A DNA stretch of 53,368 nt from Myxococcales bacterium (GTDB lineage: Bacteria > Myxococcota > Myxococcia > Myxococcales > 40CM-4-68-19). The notes under the pieces are model-generated. The model was not told the DNA's origin. It saw only the letters and a program-made list of their open reading frames with translations, and did no database searches. How positions within the stretch are numbered: position 1 is the stretch's first letter; each line of letters begins with the position of its first letter. Of this stretch, positions 26,677 through 36,606 are shown one piece after another. Location of the stretch: assembly GCA_036488495.1 (NCBI GenBank), contig DASXHM010000350.1, positions 1 to 53,368 on the forward strand, given 5' to 3'. The position numbers were made by a program, and so were the translations under genes.

Positions 26677-28940
26677 GCCGGCGTCTTCTCGCCGAGCCAG
26701 CGATCGGTGGCGACCAGCCAGAGCACTCCTGCGAGCCCGAGGAAGAGCACGAGAGACACCAGATCGCTGTTCGCGAAGCCGGGGATGCGCGTGCTCATGT
26801 TCACCGAATCGAGCCAGGCCCGCGAGGTTTCGGAGAGCTGCAGGAACGCGAGGATGGTGCCTATGACGGAAGCGCCGGCGATCAGGCCGCTCGAGAAGAG
26901 CACGCCCGGGCCGCTCTCCGCTTCCGCGTCGGAAAGCCTGCGCTTGCCGGTCTTGTCCGAGATGTAGCGGACGATGCCGCCCACCATGATCGGGGTCGAA
27001 GTGGACAACGGCAGATAGACGCCGACCGCGAACGCCAGAGAGGAAATGCCGGACAGCTCGAGCACGATGCTGATGAAGACGCCGATGAGGACGAGTCCCC
27101 AGGGCAGCTTCTGCGTCATGATCCCTTCGATGATGAACGACATCAGGACCGGCTTCGGCGCCGAGAATTTCGCGCTGACCTTCTCGCCGTTGTCGCGGTG
27201 GTCGAGCTTGCCGTTGATGCCGGGATCTTCGAGGTACTTCACGTGGCCGGTGGTGTCGATCAGGTACTTGCCGGTCGGGACGTCGCCGCGCGGTTCTTTC
27301 AGCCAGACCACGTCGTATTCGCCGGAGTCGCGCGAGGCGTCCGGGCCGCGGAGGTGCTCGCGCGGGCCGGTGAAGTCCGCCTTCGAGAAGGTGACGTCCG
27401 GGTAATTGCGCTTCGCGAAGATGGTGCCGGCGTCGTTCAGCTTGAGGATGACGAAGCCGAGAACGAGCGCGCTCGCAAACGAGCCGACCAGGATTGCAAT
27501 CTGCTGCCGCGAGGGCGTCGCGCCAATCAGATAGCCGGTCTTCAAATCTTGGGAAGTGGTGCCGCCGTTGGAGATGGCGATGCAGACCACGGCAGCGATG
27601 CTCAGCGCGGCCACCTTGTACGGCGCCGACACCCAACCGAGCGCGAGGAACGTCAGAGACGTGATGAGGAGGGTCGCGACCGTCATGCCGGAGATCGGGT
27701 TCGAAGAGCTGCCCACTTCGCCGGTGAGCCGCGAGCTCACGGTGGTGAAGAGGAAGCCGAGGATGAGCACGAGCAGCGCGCCCAGCACGTTGATCTTGAA
27801 CGACGGCACGAGCGCGCAGACGACGACGATCAGGAGCGACCCAGCACCGACGACCCACAACGGAATGTCCTTGTCGGTGCGCAAGGGACCGGATGCGCCT
27901 GTCGAACCCGAGAGCGACTTCATGCCGCGCATCGCGCCGCCGATGATGGTGGGGAGTGACTTTGCGAGCGAGATGATGCCGCCCGCGGCCACCGCGCCCG
28001 CTCCGATATACAGAATGTATTGATGCCAGACGGCGTCGGTGTCCATGTCGCGGATCAGCGTCGTCGCCGGATAGATGGGCGTATTGGAAGTGCTGCCGAA
28101 CAGCTTGATGGCCGGCATCAAGACGAGGCTCGAGAGGATGCCGCCCGCGCCCATGATCATCGCGATGCGGGTGCCGATGATGTAGCCGACGCCCAACAGC
28201 TCGGGCCCGACTTCGAGCGAGAGGTTTCCCCCGTCGTACCACTTGCCGAAGATCCTCTCCGGCACGTCCTTGAAGAGCGCGAAGCCCTTGTAGCCGAGCG
28301 CGAACAACCCGCCGACGCCCAGGCCCGCGAAGACCGTCTTGGCGGTGGCCCCGCCCGCCTCACCCGAGATGAGCACCTCGGCGCAGGCGGTCCCTTCCGG
28401 ATAGACGAGCGTCTTCGCTTCCTTGACGATGAGCGCCCGCCTGAGCGGAATCATCATCAGGATTCCGAGCAGGCCGCCCAAGATGCTGACCAGGATGACC
28501 TGGGAGATCTCCAGGTTGTAGCCGAGGATCAGCAAGGCCGGCATGGTGACGCCGACGCCGAAGGCGATGCTCTCGCCCGCGCTGCCGGTCGTCTGGGTGA
28601 TGTTGTTCTCGAGGATGGTCGCCTTGCGGATGCCGAACACGCGCGAGAACCCGCGGAAGATGGTGATGGAGAGGACCGCGACCGGAATCGACGCGCTCAC
28701 CGTCAGGCCGACCTTCAGCACGAGGTACATGCTGGAGGCGCCGAAGAGGATGCCGAGGAGCGCGCCGACGATCAGCGGCACCGGCGTCAATTCGGGGATG
28801 TCCTGGTCCGCCGGGATGTACGGCTGGTGGACCGACTCCTCGGCCGCGACGGGAACACGGTCGACAGTGGCCTTGCCGGGCGCCTTGGATTCAGGGGCGG
28901 GTGAGACCGCGGGCATCGACATGGTCGCCGTAGGTAACAT
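26673..28940 (-). CDS. OPT family oligopeptide transporter
   Basis: About 16 TM segments. 'ELTPVPLIVGALLGILFGASSMYLVLKVGLTVSASIPVAVLS' and 'NITQTTGSAGESIA' are typical OPT blocks. Start set at ATG 28940 because 29015 would leave only 8 nt to the divergent gene. Confidence 0.86.
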   Translation of the reverse strand: MLPTATMSMPAVSPAPESKAPGKATVDRVPVAAEESVHQPYIPADQDIPELTPVPLIVGALLGILFGASSMYLVLKVGLTVSASIPVAVLSITIFRGFSRVFGIRKATILENNITQTTGSAGESIAFGVGVTMPALLILGYNLEISQVILVSILGGLLGILMMIPLRRALIVKEAKTLVYPEGTACAEVLISGEAGGATAKTVFAGLGVGGLFALGYKGFALFKDVPERIFGKWYDGGNLSLEVGPELLGVGYIIGTRIAMIMGAGGILSSLVLMPAIKLFGSTSNTPIYPATTLIRDMDTDAVWHQYILYIGAGAVAAGGIISLAKSLPTIIGGAMRGMKSLSGSTGASGPLRTDKDIPLWVVGAGSLLIVVVCALVPSFKINVLGALLVLILGFLFTTVSSRLTGEVGSSSNPISGMTVATLLITSLTFLALGWVSAPYKVAALSIAAVVCIAISNGGTTSQDLKTGYLIGATPSRQQIAILVGSFASALVLGFVILKLNDAGTIFAKRNYPDVTFSKADFTGPREHLRGPDASRDSGEYDVVWLKEPRGDVPTGKYLIDTTGHVKYLEDPGINGKLDHRDNGEKVSAKFSAPKPVLMSFIIEGIMTQKLPWGLVLIGVFISIVLELSGISSLAFAVGVYLPLSTSTPIMVGGIVRYISDKTGKRRLSDAEAESGPGVLFSSGLIAGASVIGTILAFLQLSETSRAWLDSVNMSTRIPGFANSDLVSLVLFLGLAGVLWLVATDRWLGEKTPA

Positions 28941-29010
28941 GGAGTCGCGCCGCGGGTCGAACGGGAGGCGAGCGTCCGATCGAATGCGCGCAATCGGAGC
29001 CCGGGCGGCG

Positions 29011-29016
29011 TACAAT
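29011..29016 (+). promoter_or_regulatory. candidate -10 box (TACAAT) for 29024..30415; would give a near-leaderless mRNA
   Basis: Near-consensus TACAAT in a GC-rich spacer, 7 nt before the GTG start. No convincing -35. Confidence 0.3.
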
Positions 29017-29023
29017 TTCGTCC

Positions 29024-30415
29024 GTGTTCAGCTTGAAGATCGTGGCGCGGCCGGACCCGCGCATGGTGGAGGTGCCGCTCGAGATCGTGGCCGAGCTGCC
29101 GCGTGAATTCGACGGCGCCGCCGTGCTCGCCTCGAGTGGATTGCCGCGGAAGGTGAAGCTGAAGGCGCCCAAGGACGCGCTCAAGCTGTCCACGGCGTAC
29201 CGGGCGGATCAGCTCCTCGCCGACGTGGTGCGCACGTCCTTTCGCGGGACGGCTTCCGACGTGCAGCGGGTGCGGGACGCGGTGACGCGGTTCGTGCGCA
29301 ACGTGCGCGAGCGCCGGCAGGACGGCGCGACCTTGACGGTGAGCGCGAACGGCAGCGGCAGCATCGACGTGGCCGAGCACGCCCCGAACGCGCGCGCGGC
29401 GCCTCGGCCCACGCCACCCCCCGCGCGAGTCGCCTCGCCGCCGCCTCCCGATCGCCGCGCTGCCGACCTGCAAGCCGCCCTCACTCGGATGGCGCGGATG
29501 AACGAACGGCTGGAACAGTTGGAACAACAGATGACCGGCCTGGGAGCGCAGCTCACGCACCTGACCGCCGTGGCCGAGCTGACCGGTCCGGGAATGCAGG
29601 AGCGGCCGCGCGCCACCGCAGGCCAGCGCGACGGAACGCCTCGCCGGGCGACCGCCGTCGAAGCCTATGCCGAAGGGCTGCGCGCCGAGCTGCGGGTGCG
29701 GGCTGAAGCAGGCGTTCTGCGGGGGCAGAAGCAGCAGGAGCTCTGCGACAAGGCGGCGGCATTGGCGGCCGAGGCGGAGGTGCTGGGAGCACCCGCGGAT
29801 GGGACGGCGCCACGGCTGCAGGAGCTGTCGGCCCAGGGCGCCGCGCGGCTGTCGGCGCTGCAGCGGTTCCTGGAGGAGATTGACCTGTATGCGACGGCGG
29901 AATTGCCGGTCGCGAAGCAGCTCCTGGAGCGGCTGGAAGACGGCGAGGCCATGCCCGATCCGGCGGCGGCGCTCGAGCCACTGGCGCGCGCGCTGCGGGC
30001 GAAAGGGGGCGGCGCGGACGAGTGGCTGTCGCGAGCCGCTGCCGTGTGCAGGTGGCCCGTGGACGCGCTTGGCGGCGAGGCAAACGAGAGCGCGATGGGT
30101 GCGGCCCCGGACGCTGCCGCGTCGAGCGAAGTGGAGATGGCGGCCGAGGCGGAAGCGCAAGGGCTGACGGCGGTGCCCAGCGAGCAACAAGAGCACGACG
30201 AAGTGGAGAGTGTTCTCGCCGCCTTCGACGCCGCGCGCCCCATCCCCTTGCCCGCGCCGACCGCGGCGAGCATCGACCCGACCGAAAAGCCCTTCGGCGC
30301 CCTGCCGGCCGTCAAGGCCGTCGAAGTGAACGACGACGAGCTCGTACACGGCGAAGACGAGGTCATCGAGCTGAAGGAGCTTCCGCCCGACGATCCCCCG
30401 AGCAGCGACACCTGA
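29024..30415 (+). CDS. hypothetical protein with coiled-coil middle region and acidic C-terminus
   Basis: 463-aa GTG ORF with consistently high GC3. 'LQAALTRMARMNERLEQLEQQMTGLGAQLTHL' is a heptad-like region. C-terminus 'DDELVHGEDEVIELKELPPDDPPSSDT'. No family recognised. Confidence 0.6.
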   Translation: MFSLKIVARPDPRMVEVPLEIVAELPREFDGAAVLASSGLPRKVKLKAPKDALKLSTAYRADQLLADVVRTSFRGTASDVQRVRDAVTRFVRNVRERRQDGATLTVSANGSGSIDVAEHAPNARAAPRPTPPPARVASPPPPDRRAADLQAALTRMARMNERLEQLEQQMTGLGAQLTHLTAVAELTGPGMQERPRATAGQRDGTPRRATAVEAYAEGLRAELRVRAEAGVLRGQKQQELCDKAAALAAEAEVLGAPADGTAPRLQELSAQGAARLSALQRFLEEIDLYATAELPVAKQLLERLEDGEAMPDPAAALEPLARALRAKGGGADEWLSRAAAVCRWPVDALGGEANESAMGAAPDAAASSEVEMAAEAEAQGLTAVPSEQQEHDEVESVLAAFDAARPIPLPAPTAASIDPTEKPFGALPAVKAVEVNDDELVHGEDEVIELKELPPDDPPSSDT

Positions 30416-30418
30416 CGG

Positions 30419-31684
30419 CTACCGTCTCCGGGCTCTCGCGACCCAAGCCTCGACGTCCTCCAGCTTGCGCGGAAACGCAGCGGTCAGGAGGCGATACTTC
30501 CCGTCCGGCAGGATCTCGATTTCGTCCTCGATGCGGACGCCGAAGTTCCGTTCCGGCAGGTAGATGCCCGGCTCGACCGTGATCACCGCGCCCGGCAGGA
30601 TGGGCAGTTCGCGCAGGCCGACGTCGTGCACGTCCAGCCCGACGTAGTGCCCGAAGCCGTGGATGAACTTGTCGAGATACCCCGAGCGCTTCAATGAAGC
30701 CTCCGCGACCCGCTGCAGATCGGCCATGGTCACGCCGGGCTTGATGGCCGCGAAGATGTCCTCCTGCGCCTGGTAGACGGCGCGGTAGACCTTGGCCTGC
30801 TCCTCGTCGAACTTGCCGCTGACGGGATAGGTGCGGGTGACGTCGGCCGCATAGCGGCCGTACTCCGCCGCCGCGTCGATGACCACCAGATCGCCGTCGC
30901 GCAAGAGCCGCGAATTGTCCACCCAGTGCAGGACCGCGCCGTTGACTCCGCTGCCGACGATGGTGCCGTAGGAGAGCCCGGTCGCGCCGTTCTCGTAGAA
31001 GGCGGTCTCGATCTGCGTCTGCACGTCTCGCTCGGAGACGCCGGGCACCGTCGCGCGCGCCGCCGCCTCGTGGCCCGCGCGGGTGATGTCGACCGCCTTC
31101 TGCAAGAGCGCAATCTCCTCCGGCCCGTGCGCCTGCCGGAGCTGCTCGAGGAGCTGCCGCTTGTACTTCACGTTCACGCCCAGGGCGCGCGCGGCTGCGT
31201 GGATGGCGGCCACGTCGCTGCGCTCGTCCTTGAGATCGCCCACGCGCGAAATGATGGCGAGGCAGTCGTGCAAGGGTGCGGTGGAGAGAAGCCGGGGGCC
31301 GCCGTTGCCGCGCCGCACCTCGTCCACCCCCAGCTTCTGCTTGAACGCGGGCGAGAGCGCATCGCGCGGGCCGGTCCAACGCTCCGACTCCGGATCGCGC
31401 GCCCGCAGGTAAAGGATGGTCCGCATGGTCTTCGATTTCGGCTGGAGAACGAGCCAGGCGTCGGTCTCGCTGATGCCGGTCAGCCAGTAGAAGTCGTCGT
31501 CGCCCCGGCCCGTGCCGGTCGTGCCTGCGGCGGCCTTGGTCTGCGCGGAGATGGCGGTGGCGCAACCGTCCAGGGCCTGCAGTACCTTTTCCCGCCGCGC
31601 CTGGTAGACGGCGGCCGGCAGCTCGGGCGGCGGCTGTGGATTGGGATGGACGAACGGCGCCGCGACCAACAGGGCGATGAGCAT
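30419..31684 (-). CDS. Xaa-Pro aminopeptidase (M24B, aminopeptidase P family), secreted
   Basis: Metal ligand blocks 'VVIDAAAEYGRYAADVTRT', 'HGFGHYVGLDVHD', 'EPGIY', 'GVRIEDEI'. N-terminal hydrophobic signal. Confidence 0.88.
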   Translation of the reverse strand: MLIALLVAAPFVHPNPQPPPELPAAVYQARREKVLQALDGCATAISAQTKAAAGTTGTGRGDDDFYWLTGISETDAWLVLQPKSKTMRTILYLRARDPESERWTGPRDALSPAFKQKLGVDEVRRGNGGPRLLSTAPLHDCLAIISRVGDLKDERSDVAAIHAAARALGVNVKYKRQLLEQLRQAHGPEEIALLQKAVDITRAGHEAAARATVPGVSERDVQTQIETAFYENGATGLSYGTIVGSGVNGAVLHWVDNSRLLRDGDLVVIDAAAEYGRYAADVTRTYPVSGKFDEEQAKVYRAVYQAQEDIFAAIKPGVTMADLQRVAEASLKRSGYLDKFIHGFGHYVGLDVHDVGLRELPILPGAVITVEPGIYLPERNFGVRIEDEIEILPDGKYRLLTAAFPRKLEDVEAWVARARRR

Positions 31685-31717
31685 GGGTGGCTCGAACCCT
31701 ACCCGAAGCCGCGCGTG

Positions 31718-31746
31718 TTGACTTCACCCTGGTGCTGGTCTATCCA
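31718..31746 (+). promoter_or_regulatory. candidate sigma-70 promoter: TTGACT-N17-TATCCA
   Basis: -35 TTGACT (31718-31723), a 17-nt spacer, -10 TATCCA (31741-31746). It lies 32 nt upstream of the GTG at 31778, which has a GGAAGGGGA SD. Confidence 0.4.
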
Positions 31747-31777
31747 GCCGCGCCGGCTCTCCCGGAAGGGGACATAC

Positions 31778-32032
31778 GTGGCGCGCGATCTAGGTACCAA
31801 ATACGTCTGCTACAAATGTGGCACGCGGTTCTACGATCTGAAGAAGCCCGTCCCCGCTTGCCCGAAGTGCGGCGCCGACCAGCGCGAGCAGCCGGTGGCG
31901 AAGCCTGCCTCGACGCGAGCTCCGCGGACGCCCAAGCCGGTCGAACCCGAGGAGCCCGAAGTCCCAGCCGTCGAGGCGGCGGAGGGCGAAGAGGCGGAAG
32001 AGGAAGTCGAAGAAGACGACGACGAGGACTGA
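31778..32032 (+). CDS. TIGR02300 'FYDLN_acid' family zinc-ribbon protein with acidic tail
   Basis: 'MARDLGTKYVCYKCGTRFYDLKKPVPACPKCG' followed by 'EAAEGEEAEEEVEEDDDED'. Confidence 0.8.
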   Translation: MARDLGTKYVCYKCGTRFYDLKKPVPACPKCGADQREQPVAKPASTRAPRTPKPVEPEEPEVPAVEAAEGEEAEEEVEEDDDED

Positions 32033-32035
32033 GCG

Positions 32036-33295
32036 TCAGAGCGCGCTGAGGCGCTTTGGCAGGTCGACCGGCAAGTCGTCGCTGACGACTTCCAGCGCCT
32101 CGGCCGTCGCCATCTCGTGCGTGCCGTTGAGCCGCGAAAGCACGTCCGCCGGGCACCCGCGCTCCGACGCAAGCTGGTTCAAGACATCGAGGTTGTCGCT
32201 CACCGACGCCCCGCGAAGGCTCTTCGTGACCGCGACCGCCTCGACCAGCGCAGTGCAGGGCGCAACCGCGCAGCTCATCGCCTTCCGCAGCGTCGCCGCA
32301 TCCACCCCCGGATAGCCGAAGTCGAGCGCCGCGAAGCCGAGCTCGCGCTGGCGCTGCAGATCGTCGAGATCGGGCGCGATCCAGCGCGAGACGTCCTGAC
32401 CGGCAGCGGCCGCGGCCTGACGGGCAGGAACGTCGAAGCGGTAGATGTGGATGGCCACCATCTCGCCGATCAGGATGCCCTGCGAGCGGATCAGATCGGC
32501 CAGGTGGCGCACTTCCAACGACGCCGCAGCCGCGTCGCCCTGTCGAAGCGCGAGCGCATAGCGAAGCTTCGCCCAACCGACGAGGCTCGAATAATTCGGG
32601 ATGGGCCCGTGCAAGACGTCGTTGTCGGCGTAGTCGCGCAGCCGGCCGGCGCCCAAGAGCGACCAGTGGTCGAACTTCCCGAGCGCCGCCATCCAGGAGA
32701 AATCGCGGCCCGCCAGATCCGCGTCGGTGACCTTGGAGATCCAGTCGGCCGCGCGGAGGCGCGTGCGCAGCTCTTCCGGCAGGTAGAGCGAGCCGTGGGG
32801 AAGATCGAGCGGCTTTTCGTAATCGACGCGACCGGCCATGAAGGGAGCCGCGTCCGCTGAGGCGCCGGCAGGCGGCATCGTGGGCTTCGCGCGCAGCTTC
32901 TCGGCCTCGGAGCAGAACTTGTCGACGTACTTCTCGGCGTTGGCGGCATTCTTCGCCAGGGCTTCGCCGAGCGTCAGCTTCTGCCCCATCGCGACCAATC
33001 CCGAAGCCAGCGCCGCATCTCCCCCATCGCGCGGACCGGCTGTAGCAGCGGCGGTTTCCTGCCTCGCCACGCGGAGCGCCGGCGCCCGAGGTGCGGAAGC
33101 GAAAGGCGGCGCTGCGGGGACGACGGACGCAGCCGAAACCCGCAGCGGGCCCTCGACCCCGGCCGGCGCGGACGCAGCCACGCGCGGCCTCAGCCACAGC
33201 AGGAAGGCCGCGGCGAGAAGCAAAACAGAGGCGAAGAGAAGCTTGCGCGACTTCACGGTGCGGAACGCTACCGCGAGAGCACGGTAGTCAATCAA
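32036..33295 (-). CDS. membrane-anchored hypothetical protein
   Basis: 419 aa with a single N-terminal TM 'LLFASVLLLAAAFLLWL' and high GC3. It starts 12 nt after the ferredoxin stop. No family recognised. Confidence 0.65.
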   Translation of the reverse strand: MIDYRALAVAFRTVKSRKLLFASVLLLAAAFLLWLRPRVAASAPAGVEGPLRVSAASVVPAAPPFASAPRAPALRVARQETAAATAGPRDGGDAALASGLVAMGQKLTLGEALAKNAANAEKYVDKFCSEAEKLRAKPTMPPAGASADAAPFMAGRVDYEKPLDLPHGSLYLPEELRTRLRAADWISKVTDADLAGRDFSWMAALGKFDHWSLLGAGRLRDYADNDVLHGPIPNYSSLVGWAKLRYALALRQGDAAAASLEVRHLADLIRSQGILIGEMVAIHIYRFDVPARQAAAAAGQDVSRWIAPDLDDLQRQRELGFAALDFGYPGVDAATLRKAMSCAVAPCTALVEAVAVTKSLRGASVSDNLDVLNQLASERGCPADVLSRLNGTHEMATAEALEVVSDDLPVDLPKRLSAL

Positions 33296-33307
33296 ACCAC
33301 TTCAGGC

Positions 33308-33769
33308 TTACGCGGCGCGCTCGACCTTGCTGTTCTTCAGCCACTCCGGAACGCGGTCCTTCCGGTAGATGAAGATCGCGTCGTACGGGCAAGCCTTCTC
33401 GCACTCGCGGCAGCCGACGCAGTTCTTCTCGATCACCGAGACGATGCCCAAGAAGCTGTTCGGGTCTTTCACCGGCACCATCTCCAGCGCCTCGAACGGG
33501 CAGCGCTCCACGCACTTCTCGCAGCCGGTGCACGCCTGCTCGTGGACGAAAGCGAGCGGGCGCTCGTTCTTCTTGAGCAGCGTCTGGACGTTCCCGTACT
33601 GGTCGAGAATGGCGTCGGTCGGGCAGACGACGCCGCAGGCTCCGCAGTCGATGCAGAGCGCCGGGTCGATGATGTGGAGCACCTTGCGGTCGCCGGTGAT
33701 GGCGTCGGTCGGGCAGCGCTTCACGCACGCCGTGCAGCCGATGCAGGTCTCGATGATGCGAAAGGCCAT
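33308..33769 (-). CDS. 4Fe-4S ferredoxin-type protein with four Cys clusters
   Basis: Four CxxCxxCxxxCP motifs: 'CIGCTACVKRCP', 'CIDCGACGVVCP', 'CTGCEKCVERCP', 'CVGCRECEKACP'. Internal ATG 33769 gives 'MAFRIIETC'. Confidence 0.88.
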   Translation of the reverse strand: MAFRIIETCIGCTACVKRCPTDAITGDRKVLHIIDPALCIDCGACGVVCPTDAILDQYGNVQTLLKKNERPLAFVHEQACTGCEKCVERCPFEALEMVPVKDPNSFLGIVSVIEKNCVGCRECEKACPYDAIFIYRKDRVPEWLKNSKVERAA

Positions 33770-33795
33770 GACGGAGAATGAAGTAACACGGCCGG

Positions 33796-34224
33796 CTAGG
33801 CCATCCAACCCTGTAATCGGTAAAGCATCACATAGACCACGACCCCGGTGACCGAGACGTAGGCCCAGACGGGAAAGGTCCAGACGGCGATGCGCGCATG
33901 TGCGGCAAAACGCCGCTTCACCGCAGAAAGCCACATCGTCCGCAGGATCAACGGCAGCACGACCACCGCGAGCAGGCTGTGGGTCGCGAGCAGCACCAGG
34001 TAGAAGCTGCGGAAGGGGCCCTGGTAGTGGTGCGCCCCGGTCAGCGCCATCCGGGTGATGTAGCCGGCAAGGAAGATGGTGGAGGCCGCGAAGGCCGTCG
34101 CCATGCACTTCCAGTGCAGTTGAATCCTGCGGGTGCGGATGGCCCAGAAGCCGGTGAAGAGGGCAGCCGCGCTGGTGGCGTTCATCGCTGCGTTCAGCGA
34201 AGGCAACAGCTCCGCGAACGTCAT
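33796..34224 (-). CDS. DUF420 family membrane protein
   Basis: Four TM segments, with 'LNAAMNATSAAALFTGFWAIRTRRIQLHWKCM' typical of DUF420. ATGA overlap with the SCO1 stop (34221-34224). Confidence 0.78.
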   Translation of the reverse strand: MTFAELLPSLNAAMNATSAAALFTGFWAIRTRRIQLHWKCMATAFAASTIFLAGYITRMALTGAHHYQGPFRSFYLVLLATHSLLAVVVLPLILRTMWLSAVKRRFAAHARIAVWTFPVWAYVSVTGVVVYVMLYRLQGWMA

Positions 34225-34904
34225 CCACGGCCCCCGGCGGTCAGCGCCCGCGCATCGCGCAGGATCGCGTCGGCGTCGTCGGCGTCGTAGAAGCCGCGGA
34301 TGCGTCCCATCCGGTCCACCAGCACGAACTGTTGCCCGTGCATGATGTCGAACGCCTCGAGGTGCGGATCGCTCGCGCCTTCGCGGCCGTCCGCGCCGGC
34401 GGTTCCGCTCGGCAGCTTCGCCATCGCGATGTGGAAGCCCTTCACGACCGTGCGCTCGACCTCGCGCTGATCGCCGGTCAGGTAGCGCCACTCCCCTTTG
34501 CGCTGGCCGAACGCCTTCGCGTACTGGCGGAGCCGTTCCGGAGTATCGCGCTCCGGATCCACGCTCACCGACAAAAGCCCGACGCTGCCGCCCTGGCTCG
34601 CCGGGGTCAGCCGCTCCTGCAAGGACTTCATCTTCGCCTGCATCCGCGGACAGGCATCGGCGCAGGAGGTGAACACGAAGTCCGCGATCCACACCTTGCC
34701 GAGCAGATCGTCGCGGTGGACGGCTTTCCCGTCCTCGTCGACCAGCGAGAACTGGGGAAGCTCGGCCAGGACGGGCGGCTCCTTGCGCAGCGCCGGCCGC
34801 AGCAAGAGCACGCTCATCGGCACCGCCAGGGCCAGCGCGGCAAAGACGAGCCAGGCGGGGTGGAGGACGAGCTTCTTCGGCGCATGGGTCACAGCGGCCT
34901 GCAT
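34221..34904 (-). CDS. SCO1/SenC copper chaperone (thioredoxin fold)
   Basis: TM anchor, then 'VWIADFVFTSCADACP' (CxxxC) and the downstream His in 'DIMHGQQFVLVD'. Internal ATG 34904 chosen. Confidence 0.86.
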   Translation of the reverse strand: MQAAVTHAPKKLVLHPAWLVFAALALAVPMSVLLLRPALRKEPPVLAELPQFSLVDEDGKAVHRDDLLGKVWIADFVFTSCADACPRMQAKMKSLQERLTPASQGGSVGLLSVSVDPERDTPERLRQYAKAFGQRKGEWRYLTGDQREVERTVVKGFHIAMAKLPSGTAGADGREGASDPHLEAFDIMHGQQFVLVDRMGRIRGFYDADDADAILRDARALTAGGRG

Positions 34905-35004
34905 GGCGGCGTCATAATGCAGAAGGCGGCCTTCGCGCCAGCCTGCGAACCGCCGCCGCAGTGTGGCCTCGACGCTGTCCGGGCTGCGCGGTAGAAGCCG
35001 CTGC

Positions 35005-36549
35005 ATGGCGAACCAGGCGGATGTGGTCGTCGTCGGCGCGGGGCACAACGGCCTCGTCGCAGCCCTCCTCTTGGCGCGGAGCGGCCTCGACGTGGTGGTG
35101 GTGGAAGAGAAGGACGTGGTCGGCGGCGCCGCCCGGACCGAAAAGCCCTTCTCGAAGGTGCCGGGCCTCGCGACTTCGACCGGCGCATACCTGCTCGGGC
35201 TGATGCCGCCGGAATTGATGCGCAAGCTCGGCGTCGAGATGCCGGTCTTGCGGCGCGACCCGCATTATTTCTTGCCCACCACCGGCAAGCGCTACCTGCT
35301 CTTCGGCTCCGATCAAGCCGCGATGAAGCAGCAGTTCGAGAGCTTCTTCTCCGCTCAGGACTTCAAGGCGAACCAGGCGCTGCAGGACGAAATCGGCGCG
35401 CTGCGCGACGACGTCCACAGCACCTGGCTGGAAGAGCCGCTCAGCATCGAGGACACCGCGGAAAAGTACGTCCGGCCGGCGCTGCGGCAGATCTTCATCG
35501 ATCTCTGCCGCAAACCGGTTGGCCAGTATCTTGACCGATTCGGCTTCAAATCAGACCTGCTCAAGGCGATGTACGCCGTGACCGACGGCTTCTCCGGATT
35601 GACCGGCGATTGGGATACGCCGGGCACTGGAATGAACTTCCTCGTCCACAACATGTGCCGGCTGCCCGGCGCCGACGGCACCTGGATGATCGTCAAGGGC
35701 GGCATGGGAACAGTCACGCGGCGTCTCGCCGAGGCCGCCCAAGCAGCCGGAGCGCGCATCGAGACCGGCCGGCGGGTGACGAGCGTGGTCACCGGCAACG
35801 GGGCCGCGCGCGGCGTCGCCTTCCAGGACGGCAGCGAGCTCAAGGCGAAGACGGTGGTCGTCAACGCCGATCCCTTCCAGCTCCGCAAGCTGGTCGGCGA
35901 CGATCGGCTGCCGGCTGCTTACAAGACGCGGCTCGACGGCTACCGCCGCGACGGCACCACCCTGAAGGTGAATCTGGCCTTGAAAGAGCTGCCCCGCTTC
36001 ACCTGCCTGCCCGACGACCGGGGGCAGTTCGGGTCCACCATGCACCTGTTGCCGGACGAGCCGGAAGTGATGGGCGCCATGCACGAGGCGTTCGCGGACG
36101 TGAAGGCCGGCAGGCTGCCCAAGTTCCCCACCATCGAATGGTACGTGCACACGACCGTCGATCCGTCCATGCGCGACGAGCACGGACACCACAACTCGGC
36201 GCTCTTCGTTCAATGGGTGCCCTACGAGCTGAAAGGGACCAGTTGGGCGGCCGAAGAGGCCTCCTACGTCCGCCACCTGCTCGGCATCTGCGACCGATTC
36301 GCGCCCGGCACCTCTTCCTTGGTGGCCGACGTCTTCCCGCTCTCGCCGCCGAAGATTGAAGAGCACTTCGGCATTTCCCGCGGGCATATCCATCACGTCG
36401 ACAATTCATTCGGCTTTGCCGATCGCTTGCCGTACGCCACTCCCGTGCAGGGCCTGTACTCGTGCAGCGCAGGCTGCCATCCGGCCGGTTCGGTCATCGG
36501 TGCGGCAGGCCACAATGCCGCCGAGCGAGTGCTGCGCGATCTCGTTTGA
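35005..36549 (+). CDS. FAD/NAD(P)-dependent oxidoreductase, phytoene desaturase (CrtI-like) family
   Basis: 'DVVVVGAGHNGLVAALLLARSGLDVVVVEEKDVVGGAA' dinucleotide-binding fold. Family-typical length. Confidence 0.85.
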   Translation: MANQADVVVVGAGHNGLVAALLLARSGLDVVVVEEKDVVGGAARTEKPFSKVPGLATSTGAYLLGLMPPELMRKLGVEMPVLRRDPHYFLPTTGKRYLLFGSDQAAMKQQFESFFSAQDFKANQALQDEIGALRDDVHSTWLEEPLSIEDTAEKYVRPALRQIFIDLCRKPVGQYLDRFGFKSDLLKAMYAVTDGFSGLTGDWDTPGTGMNFLVHNMCRLPGADGTWMIVKGGMGTVTRRLAEAAQAAGARIETGRRVTSVVTGNGAARGVAFQDGSELKAKTVVVNADPFQLRKLVGDDRLPAAYKTRLDGYRRDGTTLKVNLALKELPRFTCLPDDRGQFGSTMHLLPDEPEVMGAMHEAFADVKAGRLPKFPTIEWYVHTTVDPSMRDEHGHHNSALFVQWVPYELKGTSWAAEEASYVRHLLGICDRFAPGTSSLVADVFPLSPPKIEEHFGISRGHIHHVDNSFGFADRLPYATPVQGLYSCSAGCHPAGSVIGAAGHNAAERVLRDLV

Positions 36550-36606
36550 CGCGTTCTTGGCACGGCACTACCGAAAGCCACGCAGCAGACACAATTTTTA
36601 ACCACC

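Noticed and set aside
26170-28242. 690-aa minus ORF
   Set aside because: Only the last 168 codons (26170..26676) are a real gene, the GNAT. The upstream part is an alternative frame of the OPT transporter gene.
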